A stretch of DNA of 64,000 bases from an uncultured Puniceicoccaceae bacterium (lineage in GTDB: Bacteria; Verrucomicrobiota; Verrucomicrobiia; Opitutales; Oceanipulchritudinaceae), in assembly GCA_963933835.1 (NCBI GenBank), contig CAWVVV010000005.1, positions 1 to 64,000 on the forward strand, in the 5' to 3' direction. Made by a program: the position numbers and the translations under genes. The notes under the pieces are model-generated. The model did not search any database. It saw nothing but the letters and a program-made list of their open reading frames with translations, and was not told the origin of the DNA. Positions 9,919 through 19,909 of the stretch are shown piece by piece (the stretch's first letter is position 1; every line of letters starts with the position of its first letter).

Positions 9919-10661
9919 AGACTGTTTTTAAAAACCTTCGGCCGATAGCCGTTCTTGCAGCATGGGTGGCACTCAGTGCCCTCAATTTGACCGCTCAACG
10001 GACGACCGATGAAGCCTTCAGCGAAGGTAACGCCGCGCTTGCAGCCGAAGACATTCCGCGGGCAATCGCGGCCTACAACGAAGCCCTGATGGCCGGATCG
10101 TCGGCCAACCTCCATTACAATCTCGGCACTGCGTACGCCCAGAATGAGGACTGGGGCTGGGCGAGCATACACTTCCTCAAAGCCCTCGCGCTCCATCCGA
10201 ATCATGCGGATGCCCGAGCCCACCTCGCGCTCGTTCGCAAGCGAGCAGGTCTCGAATGGAGCAACCGAACCGCACTGGAACGCTTTGCGGCCACATTCTC
10301 CTTATCGGGTTGGGCCTGGCTGGCGACCGGCGCCTTCTGGGGCACGGTTTTGCTCTGGTTCCTGAATCCACCGGGCGGTTCGCTCTTCAACTCCCTTCTG
10401 CGAACGGCCTCCATTGCCGTTTTGGTGATTTCGGTCTTTGCGCTCGGCCTCTATCACTTTGAGCGAGGCAGGGGCATCGTCCTCAAGCCTAGCGAACTGC
10501 GGGTCGCAGCGACAGAATCTAGCCCAACTTCGGTCGAGCTTGAGCCGGGAATAGAGGCCACCGTGCTCAATGAAATGAATGGCTTCTATCTCATCCAGAC
10601 AGAGAACGGCGAGGAAGGCTATCTCTCACGGGCCGAATTCGCTACCGTCTGGGACAATTAG
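9915..10661 (+). CDS. batE: BatE-like TPR and SH3-like protein
   Basis: TPR LHYNLGTAY..ALALHPNHADAR; two TMs; C-terminal SH3b-like ..W/Y.I....G.EGY. Confidence 0.8.
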   Translation: MKTVFKNLRPIAVLAAWVALSALNLTAQRTTDEAFSEGNAALAAEDIPRAIAAYNEALMAGSSANLHYNLGTAYAQNEDWGWASIHFLKALALHPNHADARAHLALVRKRAGLEWSNRTALERFAATFSLSGWAWLATGAFWGTVLLWFLNPPGGSLFNSLLRTASIAVLVISVFALGLYHFERGRGIVLKPSELRVAATESSPTSVELEPGIEATVLNEMNGFYLIQTENGEEGYLSRAEFATVWDN

Positions 10662-10837
10662 CCTAGATTAGACAAAAAGCTCGTCGGGATCAGATATCTT
10701 GCTGAAATCAGCAGTCATCCGGTCGAATTTACAATTATCTAATACTACAGTAGTCACGGATCCACCGAGACGGAGCACAATGTCCACGCCCAACTCAGCT
10801 ATATAGGCAACACCACCCGTTTGCCTGCTTGTTTCCA

Positions 10838-12260
10838 GTGATCGTTATAAGAAAAGAAGGTATCACCACCATGATGGGCTTGAGCACGTTTGTCGGGCTG
10901 CTCTTGTTTTTCCTCTATTGGACGTTCATGAGCGTGGAGGTCTTTGGCACCCTGGGCTACGACCAGATTAATTTCCCCTCTTCTATCTTGTCCTCCTGAT
11001 CGCTTCGGCAGGGAATTTCAAGGCGCTTGAACGGCTAGACTTTTCCCCCACCTCCCGACGCTGGCTAAGTATTGTTGCGGTAACAAATCGCGAGATGGTG
11101 ATGGTCGGGGTCATCCTCTTCGGCGCGATTTTTGCGACGAATGACGACGCGATCAGCCGAGTCTTTATCGGTAGCTTTCTCGCCGCGAGCTGGCTTTTCC
11201 TCCTCGTTTTAAACCGCTATCTACCGGACTTTTGGCTCAAAAACTCCTTCAAGGGTGACAATCAGGCGCGGCTCGCTCTCGTCGGGCGGCGAAAAGTCGC
11301 TAGCCGGATGAAAAGTTGGGCTGAGCGCGCCGAAACCTACGGTGTCCATGTCGAAGGCCTCGTGCGCATTCAATCAGGCAGCGATGAGACGACTGACGAA
11401 GAAGCGGGCTTCAAAGTCCTTGGGACGGTTGAGAACCTCGAAATGGTGATCAAGGAACACAAGATCACCCATATCGTCTTGATTGATAACCGACACGGCG
11501 AGGAATGGATCAAAAAGGCTGTCGATGTGACACTTTCGCAGGGCGCCCGTCTCTGGATCTTTGATGCCTGGAGTTACTTCTTCGACCGCCCGCTGCTTGC
11601 CGACACACACGATGGGCAGACTTACTTCACCTTTCACAACGAGCCGCTCGAGGATCCCGTCAACCGCACTCTTAAGCGGGCCCTCGACATCGCGGTCTCG
11701 CTTCCGGTTGTTTTCTTCCTACTCCCTATCCTCTGCTTAGTTGTTAAGATCAAACAGCATCGAGAGGCACCCGGTCCGCTGTTCTTTCGGCAGCGCCGCC
11801 ATGGACGCCAGCAGGCTCCTTTTATGGTCTATAAGTTTCGGTCAATGTATCAAGATGACGACCGCACTGAGGAAATTAAACAGGCGACAACAGGAGACAG
11901 CCGCGTCTTCCCATTTGGAGACTTTTTACGGAGGACAAGCCTCGATGAACTCCCGCAGTTTATCAACGTCCTCCAAGGCGACATGAGCGTGGTTGGACCA
12001 CGGCCTCACCTCGACAAACACGATGGGATGTTTGCCCGGATCGTCCAATTCTACACAAGACGCGCAATTATATCAAGCCAGGCATCACGGGGCTTGCGCA
12101 GACCAAGGGCTATCGTGGGGAAATCACGAACCCTAAACAAATCGAAGAGCGGGTGCGCTACGACTTTGAATACATCACGCACTGGTCACTTTGGGTCGAT
12201 CTTTGGCTGATTTTAAAGACAGTCATCCAAGTCTTTCGCCCGCCTGAATCCGCGCGCTAA
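10838..12260 (+). pseudogene. WcaJ/CpsE-like undecaprenyl-phosphate priming glycosyltransferase with two frameshifts
   Basis: [48 protein letters not shown]. The hydrophobic N-terminus (from 10838) is in a different frame, with the shift near C4 at 10975-10978. The conserved C-terminus KPGITGLAQ..GYRGE...YDFEYI.HWSLWVDL.. is in a third frame from about 12057 to TAA at 12260. Confidence 0.85.
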
Positions 12261-12326
12261 GTTGTAATAATCGACGGAGTTTACGTTGAAATAGTTGAGC
12301 AGGGGGCATTTGATTGAACCCCTTCA

Positions 12327-13013
12327 ATGAGCGCCCCGGAAAAAGCCCCTGCCCAAAACGCCCTACGCCGCGGCACGGTCCACCAGCTCTCACTCCTTCA
12401 AAGAATTGCCTTCTGGCCTGCAGCTTGGGCTCTGGACGTCTACTATTGGACGCTGCGCTTTGAGATTTCGGAAGAGGCGAAAGCAATCCTAGCCGACGAC
12501 CCTAAGCCCAGTGTTATCGTCGCGTGGCATAACCGCTCGCTCATTTGTCCGGCGGTGATGGCTCTCCGCCCCCCCAACCGAGTCAACACGATCATCTCTG
12601 CGAGTCGGCTGGCAGCGTGGGAGGCCGCTTATTTTGAGCATCGACGCCTCCCAGTGATTCGGGGGTCGTCCACTCGAGGCGGCTTTATGACCGTGAAAAT
12701 GGCCTACAAGGCTCTGCTTAAAGGCGGCGATGTGGCGCTTTCCCCGGATGGGCCGAGTGGACCTCTCTACAGCGTCCAAGCGGGTGCAGCGGCAATAGCC
12801 AGGAAAGCGAAGGTGCCTGTCATCGTTGTTGGCTGCAACCAACCGAAAGCCCGGCGACTGAAAACATGGGACAAACACTTCGTCCCCTACCCATTTCAAA
12901 CTGTTCGCTTAGATATCCGTCAAATTTCTCCGGAGATACTTCTTAAAGCAGAAAGCGTGGTGATGGCCACAAACCTGATCAATGAAGCACTCACGGACGC
13001 AAATCACGCCTAA
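12327..13013 (+). CDS. DUF374 / lysophospholipid acyltransferase-like protein
   Basis: WHN, IISASR, VIRGSSTRGG, SPDGPSGP, LKTWDKHFVPYPF. Confidence 0.85.
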   Translation: MSAPEKAPAQNALRRGTVHQLSLLQRIAFWPAAWALDVYYWTLRFEISEEAKAILADDPKPSVIVAWHNRSLICPAVMALRPPNRVNTIISASRLAAWEAAYFEHRRLPVIRGSSTRGGFMTVKMAYKALLKGGDVALSPDGPSGPLYSVQAGAAAIARKAKVPVIVVGCNQPKARRLKTWDKHFVPYPFQTVRLDIRQISPEILLKAESVVMATNLINEALTDANHA

Positions 13014-13078
13014 GACACCCTCCTCCGATTCTCACTCCGCTCCTTGATCTCACTGCATGATTCGTTTTCTATCATCTG

Positions 13079-13321
13079 ATGCCCACTTCTGACAGCGCAC
13101 ATCAATATAGCCAGATGGGGGTTCGGCTCCTGTCTCTCTACTTTATAACTCGGGGGCTGTGGCTCCTCATCAGTAATTTGCTCGGTTCAATTCCAGTATT
13201 CGATCCGAACTATCTCGGCCACTACTTCTACACTCAGATGCTCAATCCACTTGTGGGTATTGCACTGGGCAGCCTGCTCTATGTTCTGGCTCCAATTCTG
13301 GGACGGCGCTTAAGCAAGTAG
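13079..13321 (+). CDS. Small two-TM membrane protein
   Basis: 80 aa with two hydrophobic segments; stop overlaps the next start. Confidence 0.6.
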   Translation: MPTSDSAHQYSQMGVRLLSLYFITRGLWLLISNLLGSIPVFDPNYLGHYFYTQMLNPLVGIALGSLLYVLAPILGRRLSK

Positions 13322-15324
13322 TGAATCCGCGCCAAGACAGTGACTTTGTTTCCAGGAAGAGGCGACGTCTAAGCAGAGCCTTCATCGCCCTGCTGCTCTG
13401 CTTCCCTTTCCTCGCCTGCGGCGCGGACAAAGAATGGATCGTTGCCCACGAGAAGCAACTCAACGGACTTTTCGAAGCACTCTCTAAGAGTTCATTTCCT
13501 CCCGTCACAGAAGCAGCCCGAGAGTGGAGTGACGGACGCCACGCTGAGGCCTGTTCTGCCCTACTAAGCTACTATCGGGAGAGAACGCCCCTTCTAAGCG
13601 GACTAACCCCCAGCCTAGTGCTTCCTGCGGGTAGCCGTTTCTACTCAGACGCGTGGATCAAGAACAGGACCTCGCCTCTTGGGGTTGAGGTCGATTTGAA
13701 ACGATTGCCGAGCGGTGATATTGATTGGCATCAACGGGGGCCGGAAAAGGACAAAGAGTTCGCTTGGATGCTCAATCGCCACCTGATCCTTCCCCTCCTT
13801 GTCTCCACCCACCAGCTCACGAATTCAGAGCAAAGGGGGCCTTATCTCGACGCCGCCGAAGCGCTCATAATCGATTGGGTCTCAAACAACCCCTATCCAG
13901 ACAGAGTTACCTTCAGTCCTCCTTGGAGAGCACTCGAAGTCGCCCGCCGTATCCTCGATAGCTGGGGACCTTCCTTTGACTTTTTAAGTCAAAACATTGG
14001 CGATGAAGCACTCCTTCTCTTGCTTTCATCGATTCCTCACCACGCTGATGCCCTCGACGAACACGCCTCGATATGGGGCGGAAATCACCTTCTGACAGAG
14101 AAGATTTCCCTCGTCCTGATTGCGCTCCAGTGGCCGGAGTTCGCCGAATCGAATCAATGGTTGAACGATGCCCTCGAGGTTGTGACGGATACATTCATTG
14201 CGCAAACGTATCCAGATGGCGCATACATCGAACTCTCGAATCACTACCAGAAGATCGTTCTTCAAAACGTTCAGCAACTCCTCGAAATTCTTCAACTCAG
14301 CGGGAAGCAGCCACCCGATGCCCTCTTAGAACGCCTTGAATCAGGATGGGACTTCTACGCCAAAACTTCTAAGCCAGATGGCTCAGGGCCTTTAAACAAT
14401 GACAGCGATTTTGAAATTGGCGGGCCTCTAATAGAGGAGGCGGCGCTCTTCTATAAGCGAAAGGACTGGCTCTATATTGCAACATTCGGGCGAGAGGGAG
14501 AACCACCCGAAAAAACTTCACCCAATATTTTCCCCTGGGCTGGAACGGCCATCCTCCGCGATAGCTATAAACAAACAAGCGATTGGGCCTACTTCGACAC
14601 TGGGCCGTATGGGACGGCTCACCAGCACGACGACAAGCTACATCTAAGCGTCGCTTTAGCAGGCAAAGACTTCCTCGTCGATCAAGGTCGCAACAGCTAT
14701 TATCCCGACGACTGGAGGCATTACTTCAAGGGCCCAGGAGGCCACAACACGATCGAGTTCGAAGGCCTCGCCCCACGCCAACGGCCACACAAAAGACGCA
14801 CGCCAATTAATTCTATTTTATTCGCTGACGAAGTGTGGAGTGTCGTTTGGGGAGAGATCTGGAATGATGCTTTTCCTCTTGGCGAAACCCCTAGCTGGCT
14901 CCATCGACGATTCGTCATCCACCATAAGAATGCTGGGTTTATCGCCATTGATCACCTCATAGGTTTTGGAGCCAAGAAGGGGACAATCCGTTGGCACTTC
15001 GATCCCCAGCTTGAACAAGAACAAATCGAAGTAGACTTCCAACTACATGCGACGTCTACTCCTGAATTCGATCTACTATGGCATCGAGGATCGGAAAGCC
15101 CAATAGCTGGCTGGCACAGCAAACAGTATAGCCAAAAAGTGCCCGCTTGGCAGGCCGACTATACAGTGAAACTAAACAAACCAGCGGTTTTCATTTGGGC
15201 GATTGGATGGGCAGCTGACTCGGAGATATTGGCCGATAAAGACACTGTCCGCATTAACACACCTTCGGGAACACTCTTGGTCGAACTAGATGAGCCAAGC
15301 GCTCGATGGCTGCCGTCTCAGTAG
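13321..15324 (+). CDS. Heparinase II/III family (PL12-like) protein, probable lipoprotein
   Basis: WMLNRH, WRALEVARR, GNHLLTE, QTYPDG..E.S.HY, AHQHDDKLHL, LVDQGR..Y, HNT; lipobox-like FLAC. Confidence 0.85.
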   Translation: MNPRQDSDFVSRKRRRLSRAFIALLLCFPFLACGADKEWIVAHEKQLNGLFEALSKSSFPPVTEAAREWSDGRHAEACSALLSYYRERTPLLSGLTPSLVLPAGSRFYSDAWIKNRTSPLGVEVDLKRLPSGDIDWHQRGPEKDKEFAWMLNRHLILPLLVSTHQLTNSEQRGPYLDAAEALIIDWVSNNPYPDRVTFSPPWRALEVARRILDSWGPSFDFLSQNIGDEALLLLLSSIPHHADALDEHASIWGGNHLLTEKISLVLIALQWPEFAESNQWLNDALEVVTDTFIAQTYPDGAYIELSNHYQKIVLQNVQQLLEILQLSGKQPPDALLERLESGWDFYAKTSKPDGSGPLNNDSDFEIGGPLIEEAALFYKRKDWLYIATFGREGEPPEKTSPNIFPWAGTAILRDSYKQTSDWAYFDTGPYGTAHQHDDKLHLSVALAGKDFLVDQGRNSYYPDDWRHYFKGPGGHNTIEFEGLAPRQRPHKRRTPINSILFADEVWSVVWGEIWNDAFPLGETPSWLHRRFVIHHKNAGFIAIDHLIGFGAKKGTIRWHFDPQLEQEQIEVDFQLHATSTPEFDLLWHRGSESPIAGWHSKQYSQKVPAWQADYTVKLNKPAVFIWAIGWAADSEILADKDTVRINTPSGTLLVELDEPSARWLPSQ

Positions 15325-16022
15325 TTTTCTGAGCTTACAAACTCTCCATCCCGCATCACTAGAACTTCGTCACACCGCTTCGCTAGATCCCGATTATGGG
15401 TGACTATTAGAACCGTTTTGCCCCGTTCACGCGCAACCTGACAGAGAAGGCTGAAGAGCAGCTCTGAATTGGCTTGGTCGAGATTCCCAGTGGGTTCATC
15501 CGCCAAAATCAGACTAGGATCATTTGCCAAAGCACGGGCCACCGCTACGCGCTGCTGCTCACCTCCAGAGAGCATGTTGCCAAAATTGTTGGCCTTGTTC
15601 GTCAAGCCGACGGCATCGAGCAGAGCATCAGCCTTGGCCGCAGCTTCTGCTTCCGTCCGTCCTAGCTTCAGGATTGGAAGCATGATGTTTTCGCGCGCCG
15701 TAAACTCGCTGAGCAAAAAGTGGAACTGGAAGACAAATCCCAAGAGTTCTCCGCGCAGGCGTGTCCGGTCTCGGTCCGAAGCAGAATCAATTCGTTGATC
15801 GTTGAGTAGGATTGCACCTTCGTCTGGGTGATCGAGCAGTCCAAGCAGATAGAGCAAGGTGCTCTTACCACAGCCACTCGGCCCAACGACCGCATAGACT
15901 TTCCCTGCATCGAGACTAAAGTTTAGGCCCTTGAGGACATGCTGACGATTACCCCCGCTACCTAGCCAGCGGTGTAATCCTTCAACCTTCAGAACAGAGT
16001 TCATTTTCGCTTCTTCACTCAC
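15318..16022 (-). CDS. ABC transporter ATP-binding protein (LolD/MacB-like)
   Basis: [44 protein letters not shown]. Confidence 0.92.
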   Translation of the reverse strand: MSEEAKMNSVLKVEGLHRWLGSGGNRQHVLKGLNFSLDAGKVYAVVGPSGCGKSTLLYLLGLLDHPDEGAILLNDQRIDSASDRDRTRLRGELLGFVFQFHFLLSEFTARENIMLPILKLGRTEAEAAAKADALLDAVGLTNKANNFGNMLSGGEQQRVAVARALANDPSLILADEPTGNLDQANSELLFSLLCQVARERGKTVLIVTHNRDLAKRCDEVLVMRDGEFVSSENY

Positions 16023-17281
16023 CCTGATGCACCCCGAATAACCACGCCCGGCTCTATTTGCGCCGCCCTACGAGCAGGTAGCAGACTAGCAGTAAAGACA
16101 ACCAATGCCGTTACAACCCCTGCCCATACGTAGTGACTCCATGCCCAGTGCATAATGAAATGATCCGTCGAAAAGATCCCCCGTATGCGAATTGGGAGCG
16201 ATTCGATGAGCGCCGTGAGTCCCGCTCCAGTGAGGCATCCGAGCAGCCAACCGAATACATAAATAATAAAACCTTGGTATAGAAATATGCGAGCGATGTC
16301 TCCTCGAGTGTATCCAATTGACCGCAGGATCGCAATCTCCCGTGCTCGTTCCATCACAATAATAGCGAGGGTATTAAACATCCCGAGACCAGCGATGAGG
16401 ATGATACTGGACATGCTGATGGCGGAAGAAAAGCGCAGAGCACGAAAGACTTCCAACCACGATCGCTCCCTCTCTTGCCAGCTAGCGACCGAATGCCCAA
16501 GCGTCTCCTCTAAGTGTCGAGCAACGATCGTTGCTCGCTCAGGATCACGGATGAGAGCCTGAACGTAAGTCACATCGTCCCATTCTCCCAATACACTACG
16601 GACACTACGCATATGCGCATAAAAGTGATACCGGTCGATTTGAACGATGCCTGTAGTAAATATTCCACACACCCGGTAGCGCACTTGATTCAAACCTCCT
16701 GCATCAATAAATACGGGGTCACCGGCTTGAATGCTCAAGCGGCGGGCAAGTTCCGATCCGATAAGGATACCATCGCTCGTGCGCTCAAACTCCGCTAGGT
16801 CCGCCGCGGTCACTTGGCTGCGAAGCTCAGTCACTTCGACATAGGAGTTCAGCTCAATCCCGTGGATGCGGCCTCGCTCAGTGCGAAAGCCTGAACGGAG
16901 AGTCGCATTACCACGTAGGACAGGGGTGGCGGCAGTGACCGTCTCAAATCCTCTTAACGCCTCCAAGACACTTTGTGGCTGTTGAATCCCGGGAATATAG
17001 CGCTGCCCTTCCCGCAGTGCGATTTCGACCTGAGTGCCATCCGAGTCCGCGCTCGCGATCATCGAAGTTACAGTCGATTGAAAACGATCCTGAACTCGAA
17101 TCGCGCCATTGGTCCCCAAAATTGTTTCGACGAAGAAACCTTGAAATCCTGAGGTTTGAGCTTGAGTCAGAATGAAAAACGCGACCCCAAATACAATACC
17201 CACCAGACTCATCAACATCGCTCTGCGCTTCGCCAGTAGGAAGCGTAGTGCGATGACAAAATTTGGACGACGCATAGACAC
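16019..17281 (-). CDS. ABC transporter permease (LolC/E, FtsX/MacB family)
   Basis: N-terminal TM, periplasmic domain, ER.REIAILRSIG, three C-terminal TMs, PARRAA.IEP. Confidence 0.9.
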   Translation of the reverse strand: MSMRRPNFVIALRFLLAKRRAMLMSLVGIVFGVAFFILTQAQTSGFQGFFVETILGTNGAIRVQDRFQSTVTSMIASADSDGTQVEIALREGQRYIPGIQQPQSVLEALRGFETVTAATPVLRGNATLRSGFRTERGRIHGIELNSYVEVTELRSQVTAADLAEFERTSDGILIGSELARRLSIQAGDPVFIDAGGLNQVRYRVCGIFTTGIVQIDRYHFYAHMRSVRSVLGEWDDVTYVQALIRDPERATIVARHLEETLGHSVASWQERERSWLEVFRALRFSSAISMSSIILIAGLGMFNTLAIIVMERAREIAILRSIGYTRGDIARIFLYQGFIIYVFGWLLGCLTGAGLTALIESLPIRIRGIFSTDHFIMHWAWSHYVWAGVVTALVVFTASLLPARRAAQIEPGVVIRGASG

Positions 17282-17284
17282 GGT

Positions 17285-18385
17285 CTAATTTGCTAAGCGC
17301 ACTTCCAAGCCCTCGGAGAGCAAATCCTGATCTGCAACAACGACTCGCTCACTGACTTCGAGCCCTGCGACAATTTCTGCTTCGTGAAGAGACAGAAAAC
17401 CAACTTCAACCTGTCGTGGTTCAACGACCCCATTGCTGTATACCCAGACTCTTCGCCCTCGCAAGGCCCTCCGAGGGATCTTGATTGCATCGACGCGCTC
17501 ACCTTTCACGAGATATCCTTCCCCGGTGAGTCCAGGGACCATTTCGGCCTCATTTGAATCCACTCGGACAAAGAGCTTACGTGTTTTCTTTTCTGGATCC
17601 GCGGTCGCTTCGATACTTTCAACCGAACCGGAAAACTCACGATTTCCAAAGCTAGCTAAGCGCATCATTACGGTTTGTTCCAAATCCGCCCCATCAAAAT
17701 CCTCTTCGTTTAAAGTCATTTCTATCATGCGCTTCGAACTGACGATCCGGACAATCGCAGTCCTCGGAGAGAGGAGACTTCCCTTTCCAACGTATAAATT
17801 TGTCACTACGCCAGCGAAAGGAGCTTTGATTGTCATTCGGCCAAGCTCAAACTCGAGCTCAGACAAGCGAGCTTTCAAAACACCGACATTTTCGAGCCGA
17901 CGTATTTGTTCTTCTTTGAGCAGAGCTTTCTGTTTTTCCAACTCCCGTTTATTTTGCTCCAAACGACTTTTTGGAGTCTGGCCGAGTTGGACTTCGAGTG
18001 CCAAGGCCTCGATCTCCTTGGTTAGGGCGGAGACATCAAAGCTACGACTCAACGGCAGTTCGAGCAATGCTCTTGCAGCTTCGTAGCGCGCACGCTCCTG
18101 CTCTAGGCGATAGAGCGAGATCTCTGCATCTTGTCGGGCAACAATATCTCCCACTTCGACGCGATCACCGACCTTAACGAGGACTTCGTTGAGCCGCCCT
18201 TCCCGCTCCGTCTTGATCTTCACATCGAGCGTGGCGAAAACCTTGATCGTGCCCGTAACGGCATTAATCGCGGTTCCTGCCGTCACTTCAGCGACTTCGA
18301 CGGCTGGCTTTGATTGCCTATCCCAAAGCCAGTAGCCGACAACGGCAACAAGAAGCACGCTTACAATCCAAGGCCATTTTTTCAT
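17285..18385 (-). CDS. Efflux periplasmic adaptor (membrane fusion protein)
   Basis: N-terminal TM, lipoyl motifs VKVGDRVEVGD and IKAPFAGVV, coiled coil. Confidence 0.88.
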   Translation of the reverse strand: MKKWPWIVSVLLVAVVGYWLWDRQSKPAVEVAEVTAGTAINAVTGTIKVFATLDVKIKTEREGRLNEVLVKVGDRVEVGDIVARQDAEISLYRLEQERARYEAARALLELPLSRSFDVSALTKEIEALALEVQLGQTPKSRLEQNKRELEKQKALLKEEQIRRLENVGVLKARLSELEFELGRMTIKAPFAGVVTNLYVGKGSLLSPRTAIVRIVSSKRMIEMTLNEEDFDGADLEQTVMMRLASFGNREFSGSVESIEATADPEKKTRKLFVRVDSNEAEMVPGLTGEGYLVKGERVDAIKIPRRALRGRRVWVYSNGVVEPRQVEVGFLSLHEAEIVAGLEVSERVVVADQDLLSEGLEVRLAN

Positions 18386-18423
18386 ATTATAAAAGGGTCA
18401 TCATTAGTAGACTAGATCGGTCC

Positions 18424-19791
18424 CTATGCACCCGCGACCGGATCCTCAAAGACAAGAGCAGCTAGTTTTGCCATCGTCATAAGGTAACTCGCTTTTGCGG
18501 CCGCGATACGCTGTTCTGCGCGCAGGTAGTCGAGACGTAGATCGAGTTGATCTTTGGCGGAAATACGGTCCTCCGCATTAGGGCTATCAGCTAATTCGAT
18601 TCTGCGGGCGAGAAGTTCAGAGCGGCGCTTCCGAGCCTCGATTTGAGTTTGAAAGAAAGACAAATCCGAGACGAGACGGACGCCTTCGTCACGCACCCGT
18701 GCGATCGCAGCGTCGAGCCGCGCTTCGCGCGCTCTCATGCGCGCAAGAGCCGCCATGCGTTCCCCGCGGCTTCGGTTGCCATCGAAAATATTCCAGCGCA
18801 CTTGTAACCCGACATAGCCTGTAAGGCGAACGGTCACATCATCAACCTGCGCGGTGTCAACCTGACCCGAGACGACTCCAGCGATAAGATCGACGGTTGG
18901 TCGCTGCGTTCTGTCCATTACTTCAGCCTGCGTCGAATCGACTTCTAAATAGCGACGCTCGCGCTCGATCGCTGGACGGGAAGCCTCACCAGATTCTAAG
19001 ACACCCAACCATGCCCCACTGGATGCCACGGTCGAAAAACCTGTCTCAGGAAAAGCAAGGACACCGACCGCATCGACCATTGCCTTGTCGCCAACAAGTA
19101 GAGCGAGCCGGTCCCGGAAGTAGAACTTCTGCTGGAGTTGATAGGCGCGGGACTCCTCAGCTTCGAGGAGCTGTGCTTCGAGTTCCAATACTTTTTGCTC
19201 TGAAACCCGGTCGGCTTCCTGAAGTTGTTTCTGAGCCGCAACAATGCCTTCGGCCTGCGCAACATTTTCCTCGAGGATACCGAGCTGCTGCTCCGCAAGT
19301 TGCCATTTGAGAAAGGATGCACGCACTTCGTTCAGCTGAACGCGAACGGCTTCACTGTACTCAAGTTCGGCAGCCTCGACGCGAAGATCACCCATCTCAG
19401 CATAGCGCTCGATATTTCCCCACGCAAAAATCGGTTTATTCCACCAGATTGATCCATCGATTGTGCTGACAGAGCCCGATTCGATATTGTTCGAATTACT
19501 GCTGCCGGACACATCGAAGCGACGCTCATAGCCAGTGAGGACTCGAGCATTCATGTAGACAGATGAATTCCGGCTCGCATTTTGCGACATCGACTGGCCA
19601 ATGCGTTCATCAACAGTCGCCCGTCGGGCCCTAAGCTCTGGAGACTGCTTTGCCGCCGCCTCAAGCAGAGGCCTAAGCGCAGGAAAAACATCTTCTGGGT
19701 AGACGATAGATAGTTCTCTTGGCTGAGCAAAAAGCGGAGCAGCTAGAACAACTAAGCAAACGTAGGAGTTACGAAACAGGGGGGTGGCCAT
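18424..19791 (-). CDS. TolC family outer membrane efflux protein
   Basis: Signal peptide, helical repeats, PTVDL..G, VGLQVRWNIFDG; first gene of the TolC-MFP-ABC operon. Confidence 0.8.
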   Translation of the reverse strand: MATPLFRNSYVCLVVLAAPLFAQPRELSIVYPEDVFPALRPLLEAAAKQSPELRARRATVDERIGQSMSQNASRNSSVYMNARVLTGYERRFDVSGSSNSNNIESGSVSTIDGSIWWNKPIFAWGNIERYAEMGDLRVEAAELEYSEAVRVQLNEVRASFLKWQLAEQQLGILEENVAQAEGIVAAQKQLQEADRVSEQKVLELEAQLLEAEESRAYQLQQKFYFRDRLALLVGDKAMVDAVGVLAFPETGFSTVASSGAWLGVLESGEASRPAIERERRYLEVDSTQAEVMDRTQRPTVDLIAGVVSGQVDTAQVDDVTVRLTGYVGLQVRWNIFDGNRSRGERMAALARMRAREARLDAAIARVRDEGVRLVSDLSFFQTQIEARKRRSELLARRIELADSPNAEDRISAKDQLDLRLDYLRAEQRIAAAKASYLMTMAKLAALVFEDPVAGA

Positions 19792-19909
19792 CTCGTTGCT
19801 ATTTCCGCCGACTCCAATTCAAGGGTCAAACTCCAATCAGCGGACAATCGGATTCCTTTCATCATCGAAAGGTTGCCAGCTGCGATCGCTAGGCCTTCAG
19901 ATAGATCGA

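Noticed and set aside
15318..19791. TolC-MFP-ABC operon as a novel secretion system
   Set aside because: It has the ordinary MacAB/LolCDE-type tripartite exporter layout and no identifiable substrate gene.
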